DNA of 64,000 bases, from assembly GCA_942490955.1 (NCBI GenBank), contig CALNZE010000069.1:4776-68775 (forward strand). Direction: 5' to 3'. Position 1 is the stretch's first letter, and each line of letters opens with the position of its first letter. The notes beneath the pieces were generated by a model that was not told the DNA's origin, did no database searches, and saw nothing but the letters and a program-made list of their open reading frames with translations. Shown one piece after another: positions 1 to 11,978 of the stretch. The stretch comes from an uncultured Alphaproteobacteria bacterium. GTDB lineage: Bacteria > Pseudomonadota > Alphaproteobacteria > Rhizobiales > HXMU1428-3. The translations under genes were made by a program, and so were the position numbers.

Positions 1-596
1 GCCGTGAACAGAGCACCCAGCACAATCGTCAGCACCAGACCCCAGATCAAACCCTTGCGGTTGTTGTGCAACAGCGAATGGTGCGCCCATGTCACCGTCG
101 TGCCCGACAGCAGCAGGATCAGCGTATTGACCAGCGGCAATTGCCACGGGTTAAACGTCTCGGTGCCAACCGGAGGCCAGACACCCTGCGTCACCTCATT
201 ACGTGTGACCATGCCAAGCTCCTGCTCAGCGCCACCAGCAGACATTATGGTTGAGACTTCGTTGGGGTATAGCGACGCGTCAAAAAACGCCCAGAACCAT
301 GCAACAAAAAACATCACTTCAGAGGCGATGAACAGGATCATGCCATAGCGGTTATGAAATTGAACAACAGGTGTATGGTCGCCCATTTTCTCAGCTTCAC
401 GAATAACATCGCGCCACCACAAAAACATCGTCAGCAAAACCAGCGCAAAGCCGACGCCGAGCAGCATGCCCGTACCTTCGCGCATAAATTGAATTCCACC
501 GAAAGCCATAACGAAAGCAGAAATTGCCCCCACGAACGGCCACGGGCTAGGATTCACCAGATGGTAATCATGGTGTTTACCGTGTGCATCAGCCAT
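1..596 (-). CDS. ctaE: Cytochrome c oxidase subunit III (3' end runs off the window)
   Basis: Manual translation from ATG at 596: MADAHGKHHDYHLVNPSPWP...WWRDVIRE...GMILFIASEVMFFVAWFWAFF...NTLILLLSGTTVTWAHH. These are Cox3 motifs. Absent from the ORF track because there is no stop in the window. Confidence 0.96.
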   Translation of the reverse strand, partial: MADAHGKHHDYHLVNPSPWPFVGAISAFVMAFGGIQFMREGTGMLLGVGFALVLLTMFLWWRDVIREAEKMGDHTPVVQFHNRYGMILFIASEVMFFVAWFWAFFDASLYPNEVSTIMSAGGAEQELGMVTRNEVTQGVWPPVGTETFNPWQLPLVNTLILLLSGTTVTWAHHSLLHNNRKGLIWGLVLTIVLGALFT

Positions 597-763
597 TTAT
601 CTCTCCCTGGACAAAAGGCCCTGACTGAAACTTGTTGCAACAAGCTGCCAGAACCAACCAATTAAATTTAACCCGGCACCATACGGCTCCGGGCCCCTCA
701 TTTTTCACACATTCACCTGTCTTATACGCCGTGAAAAGCTTGCTTTTCTTCGCTCGGCCAAGC

Positions 764-1363
764 CTATTCGGTCAGCCCGGCAGCCTTTACATCTTTTTTC
801 TTTTCATAAAACACATAAGACAAAGTAATCTCTTTTACCCGCCGACCGCTCTTGTCCTGGACAATTTCCGGGTCAACATAAAAAATCACCGGCATTTCGA
901 CTTCTTCGCCAGCCGCCAGCGTCTGCTCCGTAAAGCAAAAACATTCGATCTTGTTAAAATAGCTGCCGGCGATTTCCGGTGTCACATTGTAAACAGCATT
1001 TCCCGTCACAGCCCGATCATTCAGATTCTTGGCCATATATTTGACCGTCACCGTCTCGCCGATATGCGCGCGGATCTCGCGCTGCATCGGCTTGAACTCC
1101 CAGTTCAAAATCCGTGAGGCGGTCGCGTCAAATTTCACGGTAATCTTTTCCTCAAGCACATCACCGGAGGAAACCTCAACCCGTTGCGTCGTGCCGCCAT
1201 AGCCTGTCGCCGCACAGAACATATTGTAAAGCTCCGGCGAATAAATCACGATGCCGGTCATCAGCGCCAGAACCGTCAGCAACGAATAAACCACACCGCG
1301 ATGATCCGGGTTTGCGGCCCCGGCCTTCGTCTCTGATGTGTCCTGTTTGCTTTCGTCAGTCAT
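764..1363 (-). CDS. ctaG: Cytochrome c oxidase assembly protein CtaG/Cox11
   Basis: LYNMFCAATGYGGT and the YFNKIECFCF copper-binding motif; position in the cox operon. Confidence 0.96.
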   Translation of the reverse strand: MTDESKQDTSETKAGAANPDHRGVVYSLLTVLALMTGIVIYSPELYNMFCAATGYGGTTQRVEVSSGDVLEEKITVKFDATASRILNWEFKPMQREIRAHIGETVTVKYMAKNLNDRAVTGNAVYNVTPEIAGSYFNKIECFCFTEQTLAAGEEVEMPVIFYVDPEIVQDKSGRRVKEITLSYVFYEKKKDVKAAGLTE

Positions 1364-1450
1364 GTCTAAGCTCTAAATCTCTAATTTCTATATCGGGCCG
1401 GCAACGCGCCCGGCTTCACTCAACTCATCAATCCTAAAGCGGCAATAAAC

Positions 1451-1612
1451 CTAAAGTGGCCTGTCAAACACCTGCCCGCCAAGGCGAATGATCGTGATCG
1501 CATAAAACAGCAAGGCAAAACCGACAAGCACCAGCGCAATAAATATCGAGCGGCGGCGGCGTTTTTTTCGCTCTATTTCTTCCCGGCTCTCTACGTCGTT
1601 CATATCGCTCAT
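1451..1612 (-). CDS. coxF: Small membrane protein of the cox operon, CoxF-like (53 aa)
   Basis: Manual translation: [56 protein letters not shown] overlaps the ctaB stop (ATGA). Lies between ctaB and ctaG. Confidence 0.8.
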   Translation of the reverse strand: MSDMNDVESREEIERKKRRRRSIFIALVLVGFALLFYAITIIRLGGQVFDRPL

Positions 1613-2565
1613 GCCTTCAGGTCAATCCCGCTGGCGATCATCACGCCCGGCACCAGCGCTTCAACCAGCAATACCAGAAACAGGAAGAACAGATAAAATA
1701 TCGAATAAAGGAACAGCTGCTTGGCCCGCTTGTCAGCCACCTGCCCCTCACGCGTGCGATAAACCTGCAGCGCCAGGTAAAGAAACACACCGCCAGAAGC
1801 CGCGCTCATGGTGAGGTAAACCACGCCGCCAAGCCCGATAAAGGCTGGCAAAACGCTAAACGCCACCAGCACCAGGCTGTAAATAAGAATATGCGCCCGC
1901 GTCACATCCGGCCCTGCAACAACCGGCAGCATCGGCACACCCACCCGCTCATAATCGCGGCAGCGATAAAGCGCAAGCGCCCAGAAATGCGGCGGTGTCC
2001 ATAGGAAGATAATGGCGAACAGCACAATCGCCTCGAGCGAAACTGAACCGGTGACAGCCACCCACCCAATCATCGGGGGGAAGGAGCCGGCAGCACCGCC
2101 AATGACGATATTCTGCGGGGTCCGTCGTTTCAGCCACATGGTGTAAACGAAAAGATAAAACCCGATGGTAAGGGCCAGCAACCCAGCCGCCAGCCAGTTT
2201 GTCACCAGCCCCAGCACGACAATCGAAAACGCGCTCAAAATCGCCCCAAGCGTCAGCGCCTCATCTTTCGAGACCCGCCCGCGCGGGATCGGCCGCGCCG
2301 CAGTCCGCTGCATCTGGCCATCAATATCCGCGTCATACCACATATTCAACGCGCCAGAGGCACCAGCCCCCACGGCAATCGCCAGGATCGCCACAAAACC
2401 TAAAAACGGATGAATGCTACCCGGCGCCACCATCAGCCCGACAAAACTGGTGAACACCACCAGCGACATGACGCGCGGCTTGAGAAGCTGCACATAATCG
2501 CCAATGTCCCCGCCATAGCTGACAGCCTGGACATCACTGTCAAAATTTAAGCTAACGTCACTCAT
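1609..2565 (-). CDS. ctaB: Protoheme IX farnesyltransferase (heme o synthase)
   Basis: [33 protein letters not shown] and WTPPHFWAL motifs. Confidence 0.97.
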   Translation of the reverse strand: MSDVSLNFDSDVQAVSYGGDIGDYVQLLKPRVMSLVVFTSFVGLMVAPGSIHPFLGFVAILAIAVGAGASGALNMWYDADIDGQMQRTAARPIPRGRVSKDEALTLGAILSAFSIVVLGLVTNWLAAGLLALTIGFYLFVYTMWLKRRTPQNIVIGGAAGSFPPMIGWVAVTGSVSLEAIVLFAIIFLWTPPHFWALALYRCRDYERVGVPMLPVVAGPDVTRAHILIYSLVLVAFSVLPAFIGLGGVVYLTMSAASGGVFLYLALQVYRTREGQVADKRAKQLFLYSIFYLFFLFLVLLVEALVPGVMIASGIDLKA

Positions 2566-2727
2566 CTGCTCAAAACCTTAAGAAATAAAGGGCTTCATTT
2601 GACCATCTGTTGAAGGCGCCCGGGGCACCCCGTCATATCGCCAACCTCGCCCCGGCATACCCACCCGAAAAGCCGCCATCCTTGAAAACAGGATCACAGG
2701 GCAGGGGCGCGGCATCTCATAAAATGA

Positions 2728-2755
2728 CCCTGGCGCCTTGTGAAAAGCGCCAGGG
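2728..2755 (-). terminator. Intra-operon stem-loop after ctaD
   Basis: CCCTGGCGC/GCGCCAGGG 9-bp stem, followed by TCATTTT on the minus strand. Confidence 0.55.
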
Positions 2756-2764
2756 CCCAAAGGA

Positions 2765-4372
<1,608 letters not shown>

Positions 4373-4409
4373 CTAAAATTAAGAAGCTAAAATCTAAGAA
4401 TTCAAAAAT

Positions 4410-5303
4410 TTATTTTTGTGCAACGGCGGTTATTTCGCCTGTTGCATCCGTTTTGTCAGCCAGCATAACGCCATCTTTAATCGCGTCTTTCGCAGCATAT
4501 TCTTCAGCAGCCCATTGCAACCAGTTTTGATATTCTTTTTCGGTCACAACTTTCACCTGAATTGGCATAAAGGCATGGTCCTTGCCGCAAAGCTCAGAGC
4601 ATTGCCCATAATATGTCCCCGTCTGACGGGCCTTGAACCAGACCCGCGTCACCCGGCCAGGCACGGCATCTGCTTTCACGCCAAAGCTCGGCACCGTCCA
4701 GTTGTGGATAACGCCTGTTGGCTCGGCTGTGATCAGCACATGGACAACCTTATTCACCGGTACAACAACCGGATTGTCAGTGGCAAGCAGCCGCGGCTCG
4801 CCGCGCTCCAGCTCGTCATCTGTCTTCATCAGGGCGTCAAAGGTGATGTCTTCATGATCGGAATATTCATAGCTCCAGTACCACTGATTGCCGATCGTCT
4901 TGATTGTTACGTCAGCTTTGGGAAAGTCATACTGAGCTGAAAGCAGCCGCCATGAAGGAATGGTGATAAGCGCCAGGATCAGGATCGGCACCACAGTCCA
5001 GGCAAACTCCAGCGCCGTGCTGTGCGTCGTCTTGGATGGCACTGGGTTGGCCTTTTCGTTAAAGCGGTAAACCACATAAACCAGCAGGCCCAACACAAAG
5101 ATTGAGATCACTGTAATAATAATGACAAGAAGATCATGGAACTCTGTGATCTGATCCATAATCGGCGTCACAGAGCCTTGAAAACCCAATTGCCAGTCAA
5201 CCGGCTGGCCAGCTTCTGCCAAGGCGCGTGAGGACATCCCCAGCACCGACAAAATCCATGCAATAGCACCAAGCCCCAACTTTTTCCCGAACCTGAAGTC
5301 CAT
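4410..5303 (-). CDS. ctaC: Cytochrome c oxidase subunit II
   Basis: QWYWSYEY and the CuA motif GQCSELCGKDHAFM. Confidence 0.98.
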   Translation of the reverse strand: MDFRFGKKLGLGAIAWILSVLGMSSRALAEAGQPVDWQLGFQGSVTPIMDQITEFHDLLVIIITVISIFVLGLLVYVVYRFNEKANPVPSKTTHSTALEFAWTVVPILILALITIPSWRLLSAQYDFPKADVTIKTIGNQWYWSYEYSDHEDITFDALMKTDDELERGEPRLLATDNPVVVPVNKVVHVLITAEPTGVIHNWTVPSFGVKADAVPGRVTRVWFKARQTGTYYGQCSELCGKDHAFMPIQVKVVTEKEYQNWLQWAAEEYAAKDAIKDGVMLADKTDATGEITAVAQK

Positions 5304-6196
5304 GAAGAATGCTCCCTAAATTTCTTTAATGTGCTGCCAAGCTTTGTGAGTTGTGCAGCATCCGTCCCACCAACCAAACACCGGTTTTTTATTGTTGCCG
5401 CCCCCGGGCGGCCCGCTCGTTTCTAATGCAAAACACGCGGCAAGGCAATGGGAGGCCCCATTAGCACCAATTTGCCGGCATTGTCATCCATTGGGAAAGC
5501 AATTTTAACCCGTCACAAACCTATAACAAGTCAGGTCATAACTTCGCCAACTTTAATTGGCAATGGTCCATTTTGCTTCCAGAAATATGCCATACAGAGA
5601 AACACAGGCGAGGGCAACTCTGCAACTGCCCGATTCAACATTATCTGCGGCATATCTTCGCGTTTATGACAATTTGCATTATCCGGCAAAATCGCAATTT
5701 TACTGACCGAGCCTGGTTCACCAGTTCAACTCGCTTATCTTTATCGCCCCTGCAGCGCCCTCACAATTGGCCATCAGGTCCAATTTTAGCCCGAATTCCG
5801 CGTCATGTCAGGATGTCTGCTCGACGATGGGACAATCGGCAATCAGACTGGACAGTATGAAGATCACGCGCTATGCCTCAAGCCGGAAAAGCACCTTAGG
5901 CTCAGCTTGTTTTCAGCGTGTTTAACGGGAGCCGACCCTACCAGCCACAGGCTTTACAAGTGGAGAATTCAAAACGGCTATGGGCATCGCCCTCTATTTC
6001 CCGTTAAACTCCACTCAGCGTCTGGAGCGATTGAACAGCAAACCATTTGTAAGAATTGCCGTTTATAATTCTAACCGTTTTTGTGACCATTTCGGATCAC
6101 CAGCCAGATATTTGGTGCCGCATTTAAATTTAGGCGCACAAAAATTTCACGTGCATGAAAATTCCACGGGCTAAGGACCTTGTTTTGTTACCCAAG

Positions 6197-6785
6197 ATGA
6201 TCAAATCAACATCACTCATAAAAACCAGGCGCTCAACACAATCGCCCAGCGCAAACCGGTCACCCCGCCCGTTCCGGCGCTGGCACATGGCCCTGTTTGC
6301 CATCGTCGCCCTCACGCTTGCTGCCACGCCAAATCATTCTCACGCCCGCGCCGATTCGTTTAAAGTCAAAACAAACCCACGGTCACTGGCATGTAAGCTG
6401 CGGCACCCCGCCCGGCGCCAAGGCCGAAAAATGCGCCCTTGTTCAGGACGTCACCGATGAAACCCGCCCCAACTATAGTTTGCGGGTGATTTTTCTGCGA
6501 TCGCGCGATGGCAAAAAGGAAGTGTTGCGCGTCGTCGCCCCGCTTGGCGTTTTGCTGCCAACCGGCTTGGGGCTAAAAATTGATGACGCCGATATGGGCC
6601 ATGCCCCCTTCATGAAATGCGGCAAAATCGGCTGCATCGCCGAGGTTGTCGTCACCGACAAGATCGTCAGCAAATTCAAAACCGGCCAGAATGCCGTGTT
6701 CATTATTTTCCAGACACCTGAGGTCGGCATCGGCTTCCCCGTTTCGCTCTCGGGCTTTGTCGCCGGCTACAACACACTTAAATAA
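6197..6785 (+). CDS. Invasion-associated locus B (IalB) family protein; frameshift near 6368-6371
   Basis: Signal peptide (MALFAIVALTLAA, ATG 6287; upstream ATG 6197) is in one frame. The HGHWHVSC...PLGVLLPTGLGL...C...GCIA...FPVSLSGF domain is in another. Removing one A from AAAA joins them. Confidence 0.8.
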
Positions 6786-6805
6786 ACCAACACTTCATAT
6801 AATTT

Positions 6806-6841
6806 AAAACGGCAGGGACCTTCAAAAGCCCCTGCCGTTTT
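6806..6841 (+). terminator. Rho-independent terminator (bidirectional form)
   Basis: AAAACGGCAGGG ... CCCTGCCGTTTT inverted repeat. Confidence 0.8.
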
Positions 6842-7050
6842 CTCATTTATCAATTGCCTCGGCGCACCGCGAACCACCATTCCCTGCCAGGCCCAGGCCG
6901 ATCCGCCCAGCCAGAGAGCAGCGCCCTCCCCTGCGTCCAATCAGCCGCGCTTGTCAGATAGCATTTGTCTACGAGCCGAAGCGCCCCTACAGTCTGGCGC
7001 CGTGGCCTGAATATAAATCGCCGGCCAAACCCGAACCGGAACAAACCTTT

Positions 7051-8472
7051 ATGACCGACCAGATGGACGAACCTATAAGTGGGACCAAGGCCAGCGCCAA
7101 ATTCCTCACCGGTTCAGTCATGGGCCACATTGTCCGCATGACGCTGACCTCCGCCCTCGGCCTCATTGCGGTGTTCTCGGTTGATTTTATTGACCTGTTT
7201 TTCCTCAGCCAGCTCGAGGATAAAGACATTCAGGCGGCCCTTGGCTTCACCGGTACACTGCTATTCGCCACCATCTCATTTGGCATCGGCCTCTCCATCG
7301 CCTCTTCCGCCGTTGTTGCCAGAGCCGCCGGTGAGCAGGATGAGGCCAAAGCCAGCCGCCTCACCGTGAACAGCCTGATCTACGCCTTTACGGCAGCCAC
7401 CATCACCGGCATCATATTGTTTCTGATGATCGAGCCATTACTGAAGCTGCTCGGCGCCAAGGGCCATGTGCTGGACCTCTCCGTCGAGTATCTGCAAATT
7501 CTGGTGCCGACCATGCCATTATTTGCGCTCTCGATTTCCTCAGCCGCCTGCCTGCGCAGCCATGGCGATGCGGTACGTGCCATGTATGTCACCGTGGCAG
7601 GAGGGATCGTTAATGCCGCCCTTGATCCCATCTTCATCTTTGTTCTTGATCTCGGCATGAACGGCGCGGCGCTGGCCACCTCCATTGCCCGCGTTGCAAT
7701 GATGGGCATCGGCTTTTTTGGCCTTTTCTACATCCACAAAATCCGCCATCAGCCAGAGATGAAAAGCCTCAAGGGCGATCTTCGCGCCTTTATGCGCATC
7801 GCTGTGCCCGGCGTTCTGACGAATATCGCCACCCCGGTGGGCAATGGCTATGTCACATACGCCATCGCAGCTTATGGCAACGCAGCCGTTGCCGCCTGGG
7901 CCGTTGTCGCCCGCATATTGCCCCTGGCCTTTTGCGCCATCTTCGCCCTCTCAGGCGCCGTCGGGCCAATTATTGGCCAAAATCTCGGCGGCAGGCGATA
8001 CACCCGCGTCAGGCAAGCGCTGTTTGATGCCATAAAATTCAACACGGTCTACGGGCTTATCATCTGGGCGATACTGGCCATCGCCGCCCCCTACATTGCG
8101 GCATTGATGCAGCTTGAGGGGCAAACCTCTGATCTGGTCATTTTCTTCTGCCGCTGGCTGACCCCTGGCTTTGGCCTCATCGGCTTTTTGTTCGTCGCCA
8201 ACGCCGCCTTTAACAATCTCGACCGCGCCCATTACTCCACCTGGCTAAACTGGGCGCGCGCCACCATCGGCACGGTGCCGTTTGTTCATGCCGGCGCTTA
8301 TCTGTTTGGTGTTTATGGATTGTTGGCCGGGCAAATCCTCGGCGGCGTATTGATCGCGCTGTTGAGCCTCTGGCTCAGCTACCGCGCCGTCAATCAGGTC
8401 ATCGCCAACGCGCCAAACGGCCCTGCCGTAAAAGGCGCAGCAGAACCACCAGCCCCTGCAGCCTTCAAGTAA
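7051..8472 (+). CDS. MATE family efflux transporter
   Basis: About 12 hydrophobic helices with internal duplication; VNAALDPIFIF...GMNGAALAT and IGQNLGG motifs. Confidence 0.92.
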   Translation: MTDQMDEPISGTKASAKFLTGSVMGHIVRMTLTSALGLIAVFSVDFIDLFFLSQLEDKDIQAALGFTGTLLFATISFGIGLSIASSAVVARAAGEQDEAKASRLTVNSLIYAFTAATITGIILFLMIEPLLKLLGAKGHVLDLSVEYLQILVPTMPLFALSISSAACLRSHGDAVRAMYVTVAGGIVNAALDPIFIFVLDLGMNGAALATSIARVAMMGIGFFGLFYIHKIRHQPEMKSLKGDLRAFMRIAVPGVLTNIATPVGNGYVTYAIAAYGNAAVAAWAVVARILPLAFCAIFALSGAVGPIIGQNLGGRRYTRVRQALFDAIKFNTVYGLIIWAILAIAAPYIAALMQLEGQTSDLVIFFCRWLTPGFGLIGFLFVANAAFNNLDRAHYSTWLNWARATIGTVPFVHAGAYLFGVYGLLAGQILGGVLIALLSLWLSYRAVNQVIANAPNGPAVKGAAEPPAPAAFK

Positions 8473-8510
8473 CACGCTCTCCGAAAAATCTAACCTTGCG
8501 CGCCAGGCCT

Positions 8511-9908
8511 TTAGGCGGGCGCCCGATACGCCAGTTCGCGGTAAACCCGGTCGATATCCTCGCCCCAGGAGCTTTTATAAACATCAATCAAACGGCGCGC
8601 CTGCGTCCAGCCATCCTCGGCAATCTGCTGCAATGGCTCAAGAAACAGCCGCTCATCGGCGCCCGCCTCATTCACCGCTCCGCGCGCCTTCAATCCGGCT
8701 TCAGAAATCGCCAGCACTTCCCCCGCCAGCCACCGCATATCAGACGATCCGACAGGCGTCGTCAGCCCATCACGCGGCACCTGGCGGCGCATGCTGTTGC
8801 GCGCCTCTGCGTCCCAGCGCTTGATAAGGTCATAAGCTGCATCCAGCGCGCTGGCATCATAAAGCAAGCCGGTCCAGAACGCCGATAGCGCTGGCAGATA
8901 GGGCACCGGCCCGCAATCGGCCCCCCGCATCTCCAGAAATTGCTTTAACCGCACCTCGGGAAACAGCGTCGTCAGGTGCAACTCCCAGTCATCAAGCGTT
9001 GGCAGTTCACCTTCGAGCGGCGCAAACCTGCCCGCCATGAATTTCGAGAAGGGCTGCCCGTTCCCCGGAATATATTTTCCATCCCGGTAGACAAAATACA
9101 TCGGCACCTCAAGCGCGTAAGCCACATAGCGCTCAAACCCCATGCCGTCTTCAAACACAAACGGCAGCATCCCCGTCCGGTCGCCATCCACATCAAGCCA
9201 CACATTCGAGCGGAAGGATTGAAACCCGTTAAGGCCCCCATCCTTAAAAACCGAGTTGGCAAACAGCGCCGTCGCCAGCGGTTGCAGCGCCAGCCCGACA
9301 CGAAATTTCTTCACCATGTCCGCTTCACTGCCAAAATCGAGATTGACCTGCACAGTGCAGGAGCTGTGCATCATATTCAGACCAAGCCCGCCCACCTTTG
9401 GCATATAGGCGCGCATCACATCATAGCGCCCCTTAGGCATCCGCGGCGTCTCATCAAGCGTAAATTTCGGCGAATAACCAAGCCCGAGAAAGCTGATCCC
9501 CAACTCCCCCGCCACCTTGCAGGCATCATCAAGATGCGCCTCAATCTCAGAAAGCGTCTTGTGCACAGATGTCAGCGGCGCTCCGGAAAGTTCAACCTGG
9601 CCGCCCGGCTCCAGCGTCACACTGGCGCTGAACGAACCACAGCTGGTTGGTTGCTTCAGGCCAACAAGGGTGTCACCTTCATACATCCCCTCATAGCCCA
9701 TATTACCATCGAGCAACCCGCGCAGCAGCGCTTCAATGCCCCGCTCCCCATCAAAGGGAACCGGCGCAATCTCATCGGTGTAAAAAGCGAATTTTTCATG
9801 CTCGGTGCCAATCAGCCAGTCACTGGCCGGTTTGCACCCGGCTTCAAGAACAGCGATCAGTTCATCCCGCGTCTCAACTGGCCGGGACCGGTCCGCGCTA
9901 TTCACCAT
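8511..9908 (-). CDS. gshA: Glutamate--cysteine ligase (plant/alphaproteobacterial type)
   Basis: IGTEHEKF, LEPGGQVELSG, CTVQVNLDF and LFPEVRLKQFLEMRGAD. Confidence 0.96.
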   Translation of the reverse strand: MVNSADRSRPVETRDELIAVLEAGCKPASDWLIGTEHEKFAFYTDEIAPVPFDGERGIEALLRGLLDGNMGYEGMYEGDTLVGLKQPTSCGSFSASVTLEPGGQVELSGAPLTSVHKTLSEIEAHLDDACKVAGELGISFLGLGYSPKFTLDETPRMPKGRYDVMRAYMPKVGGLGLNMMHSSCTVQVNLDFGSEADMVKKFRVGLALQPLATALFANSVFKDGGLNGFQSFRSNVWLDVDGDRTGMLPFVFEDGMGFERYVAYALEVPMYFVYRDGKYIPGNGQPFSKFMAGRFAPLEGELPTLDDWELHLTTLFPEVRLKQFLEMRGADCGPVPYLPALSAFWTGLLYDASALDAAYDLIKRWDAEARNSMRRQVPRDGLTTPVGSSDMRWLAGEVLAISEAGLKARGAVNEAGADERLFLEPLQQIAEDGWTQARRLIDVYKSSWGEDIDRVYRELAYRAPA

Positions 9909-10012
9909 ATGCGTCTCCAGGAAAAAAAGAGGGCGGCTTCGGCCCGTTTCATGCCAACCAACAGCCCCAACACCTCAACGGCTTGCAGCCAAGGTCATCA
10001 AACAGCCCGCCG

Positions 10013-10813
10013 TCAATCACGTGAATCGGAAGACCAGTCACCCACAACCGCGTTAACAAGAGCCAGCGCTGCCACAGCAGCCGTATCCGCCCTCATGATC
10101 CGCGGACCAAGAGACAGTGATGTAACAAATTCTGCCTCACCCAGCAATAGACGTTCCGCAGCCGAAAATCCGCCCTCAGGCCCGATCAACAACGAAATCT
10201 TGCGGCCCTTCAAACCATCCAATATGGCAACAGGGCCCGCAGCCAGGCCACCTGGTGCCGCCTTCTCATCGCAAAACACCAGCGCCCGCGCTGCCTCCCA
10301 TTCAGCAATCAAATGGCTAAGTTTAACGGGGTTATCAATCACCGGCAGCGTCATGATCCCGCATTGCTCCGCCGCCTCAATGGCATTCGCCCGCATCCGC
10401 TCCAGATTCACCCGCTCCACCTGGCAATGCTGGGTGATCACCGGCGTTAACCGCGACACGCCAAGCTCCACCGCCTTTTGCACCATGTAATCCAGCCGCG
10501 CCCGCTTGAGCGGCGCAAACAGATACTGCAGGTCCGGCCCATCATCCTGGGGCCGCAGCAGGCGGTCCAGTTCCAGCGCCGCAATCTTGCGGCTCTCCCG
10601 CGTCACCCTGGCCGCCCATTCGCCATCCGCGCCGTTAAAAATCGCAATCTCGCGCCCCTCCGGCAGCCGCAAAACATTCAGGAGGTAATTTGACTGCGCC
10701 TTGTCACAGATCACCACCCCGCCCGCCGTGAGTTTGTGATCAACATATAGCCGGATGGAAGGCACCCCCTCGCCGCGTTGATCGTCATCATTATTATTGT
10801 CAGTGTCGCTCAC
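10013..10813 (-). CDS. rsmE: 16S rRNA m3U1498 methyltransferase
   Basis: VQKAVELGV, EAAEQC, IGPEGGFS and LGPRIMRADTA. Confidence 0.96.
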   Translation of the reverse strand: MSDTDNNNDDDQRGEGVPSIRLYVDHKLTAGGVVICDKAQSNYLLNVLRLPEGREIAIFNGADGEWAARVTRESRKIAALELDRLLRPQDDGPDLQYLFAPLKRARLDYMVQKAVELGVSRLTPVITQHCQVERVNLERMRANAIEAAEQCGIMTLPVIDNPVKLSHLIAEWEAARALVFCDEKAAPGGLAAGPVAILDGLKGRKISLLIGPEGGFSAAERLLLGEAEFVTSLSLGPRIMRADTAAVAALALVNAVVGDWSSDSRD

Positions 10814-10939
10814 GGCAGTTTCTTTTCCCCTGTGCCTGCAAAAAAGCAGATGGACTATGCTATATCAATTCCGTATCACGGCGCCTTGGTGCCGCAATTC
10901 GGCAATGCTTTCGCCGCCAATATAAGTTCGAGACAGCCA

Positions 10940-11938
10940 ATGGCCAATAAAAATACAGCACCCGGCACCCCGCCAAATCAAAATGAGCCGCGCTATGATG
11001 GCATCGGCACAACCCTTGCTCACCGGCTGCTCCCCAAAGGTGCAGACCCTTTCATCCGCCTCCTCCGCCTTGATCGGCCCATCGGCACCTGGCTGCTGGC
11101 CTGGCCTGCCCTCTGGGGGCTTGCTGCCGCCTTCCGCAGCGATCTGACCACGCTGGATACCGGCAGCGTGATCCTCTCACCGCTGGTGATATTCCCGCTT
11201 TTTCTGCTCGGCGCCTTCCTCACCCGCAGCGCCGGTTGCGTGTTTAATGACATAGCCGACCGCAAAATCGACCGTCAGGTCGCCCGCACCAAAACTCGCC
11301 CCCTGGCAGAAGGCAGCATCTCGGTCACAACCGCCTTTGTCATCCTGGCCATTCTTCTCTCGCTTGCCCTCATCATATTGCTGCAGTTCAACTGGCTCAC
11401 CATCGGCCTTGGTGTCTTCATCCTCGCCCCCATCCTCATCTACCCATTTATGAAGCGCATCACCTATTGGCCGCAAACCATGCTCTCTCTGTGTTTTTCC
11501 TGGGGGGCCATCATGGCCTGGGCCGCGGTCACAAACAGCATCGCCTTGCCCGCCATTCTCATCACGCTCGCCGCCTTCGCCTGGACCATGGGGTTCGACA
11601 CCATCTACGCCCATCAGGACAAGGAGGATGACGCCCTCCTTGGCATGGGATCAACAGCGCTGAAATTTGGTGAGAGCACGAAGGCGTGGCTTTGGCTCTT
11701 TTATGGGTCAGCCCTTATTCTGCTGTTTGCAGCCGGTTGGCTCATCGGCTGCCGGGTCATTTTCGCAACCGCCATTGCCCTCGCCGCCCTTCATGCCTCC
11801 TGGCAAATCACCACGCTCGAGACCAGCGATCCGGCAAATTGCCTCAAGCGTTTTCGCGCCAATGGCAGCTTTGGATTGATCGTATTTTTAGGTTTAATCT
11901 TTGATCTGGCAGCCGCATATCTTATCAGCGCCTATTAG
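10940..11938 (+). CDS. ubiA: 4-hydroxybenzoate polyprenyltransferase
   Basis: RLDRPIGTWLL, NDIADRKIDRQVARTKTRPL and DTIYAHQDKEDD. Start moved to ATG 10940. Confidence 0.95.
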   Translation: MANKNTAPGTPPNQNEPRYDGIGTTLAHRLLPKGADPFIRLLRLDRPIGTWLLAWPALWGLAAAFRSDLTTLDTGSVILSPLVIFPLFLLGAFLTRSAGCVFNDIADRKIDRQVARTKTRPLAEGSISVTTAFVILAILLSLALIILLQFNWLTIGLGVFILAPILIYPFMKRITYWPQTMLSLCFSWGAIMAWAAVTNSIALPAILITLAAFAWTMGFDTIYAHQDKEDDALLGMGSTALKFGESTKAWLWLFYGSALILLFAAGWLIGCRVIFATAIALAALHASWQITTLETSDPANCLKRFRANGSFGLIVFLGLIFDLAAAYLISAY

Positions 11939-11978
11939 TGCACGCGGCAAAGCCGGTTGAGGTTTGACAGCACCCAGC

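Noticed and set aside
8976-10490. 504-aa + strand ORF
   Set aside because: Antisense shadow of gshA and rsmE with no recognisable motifs.
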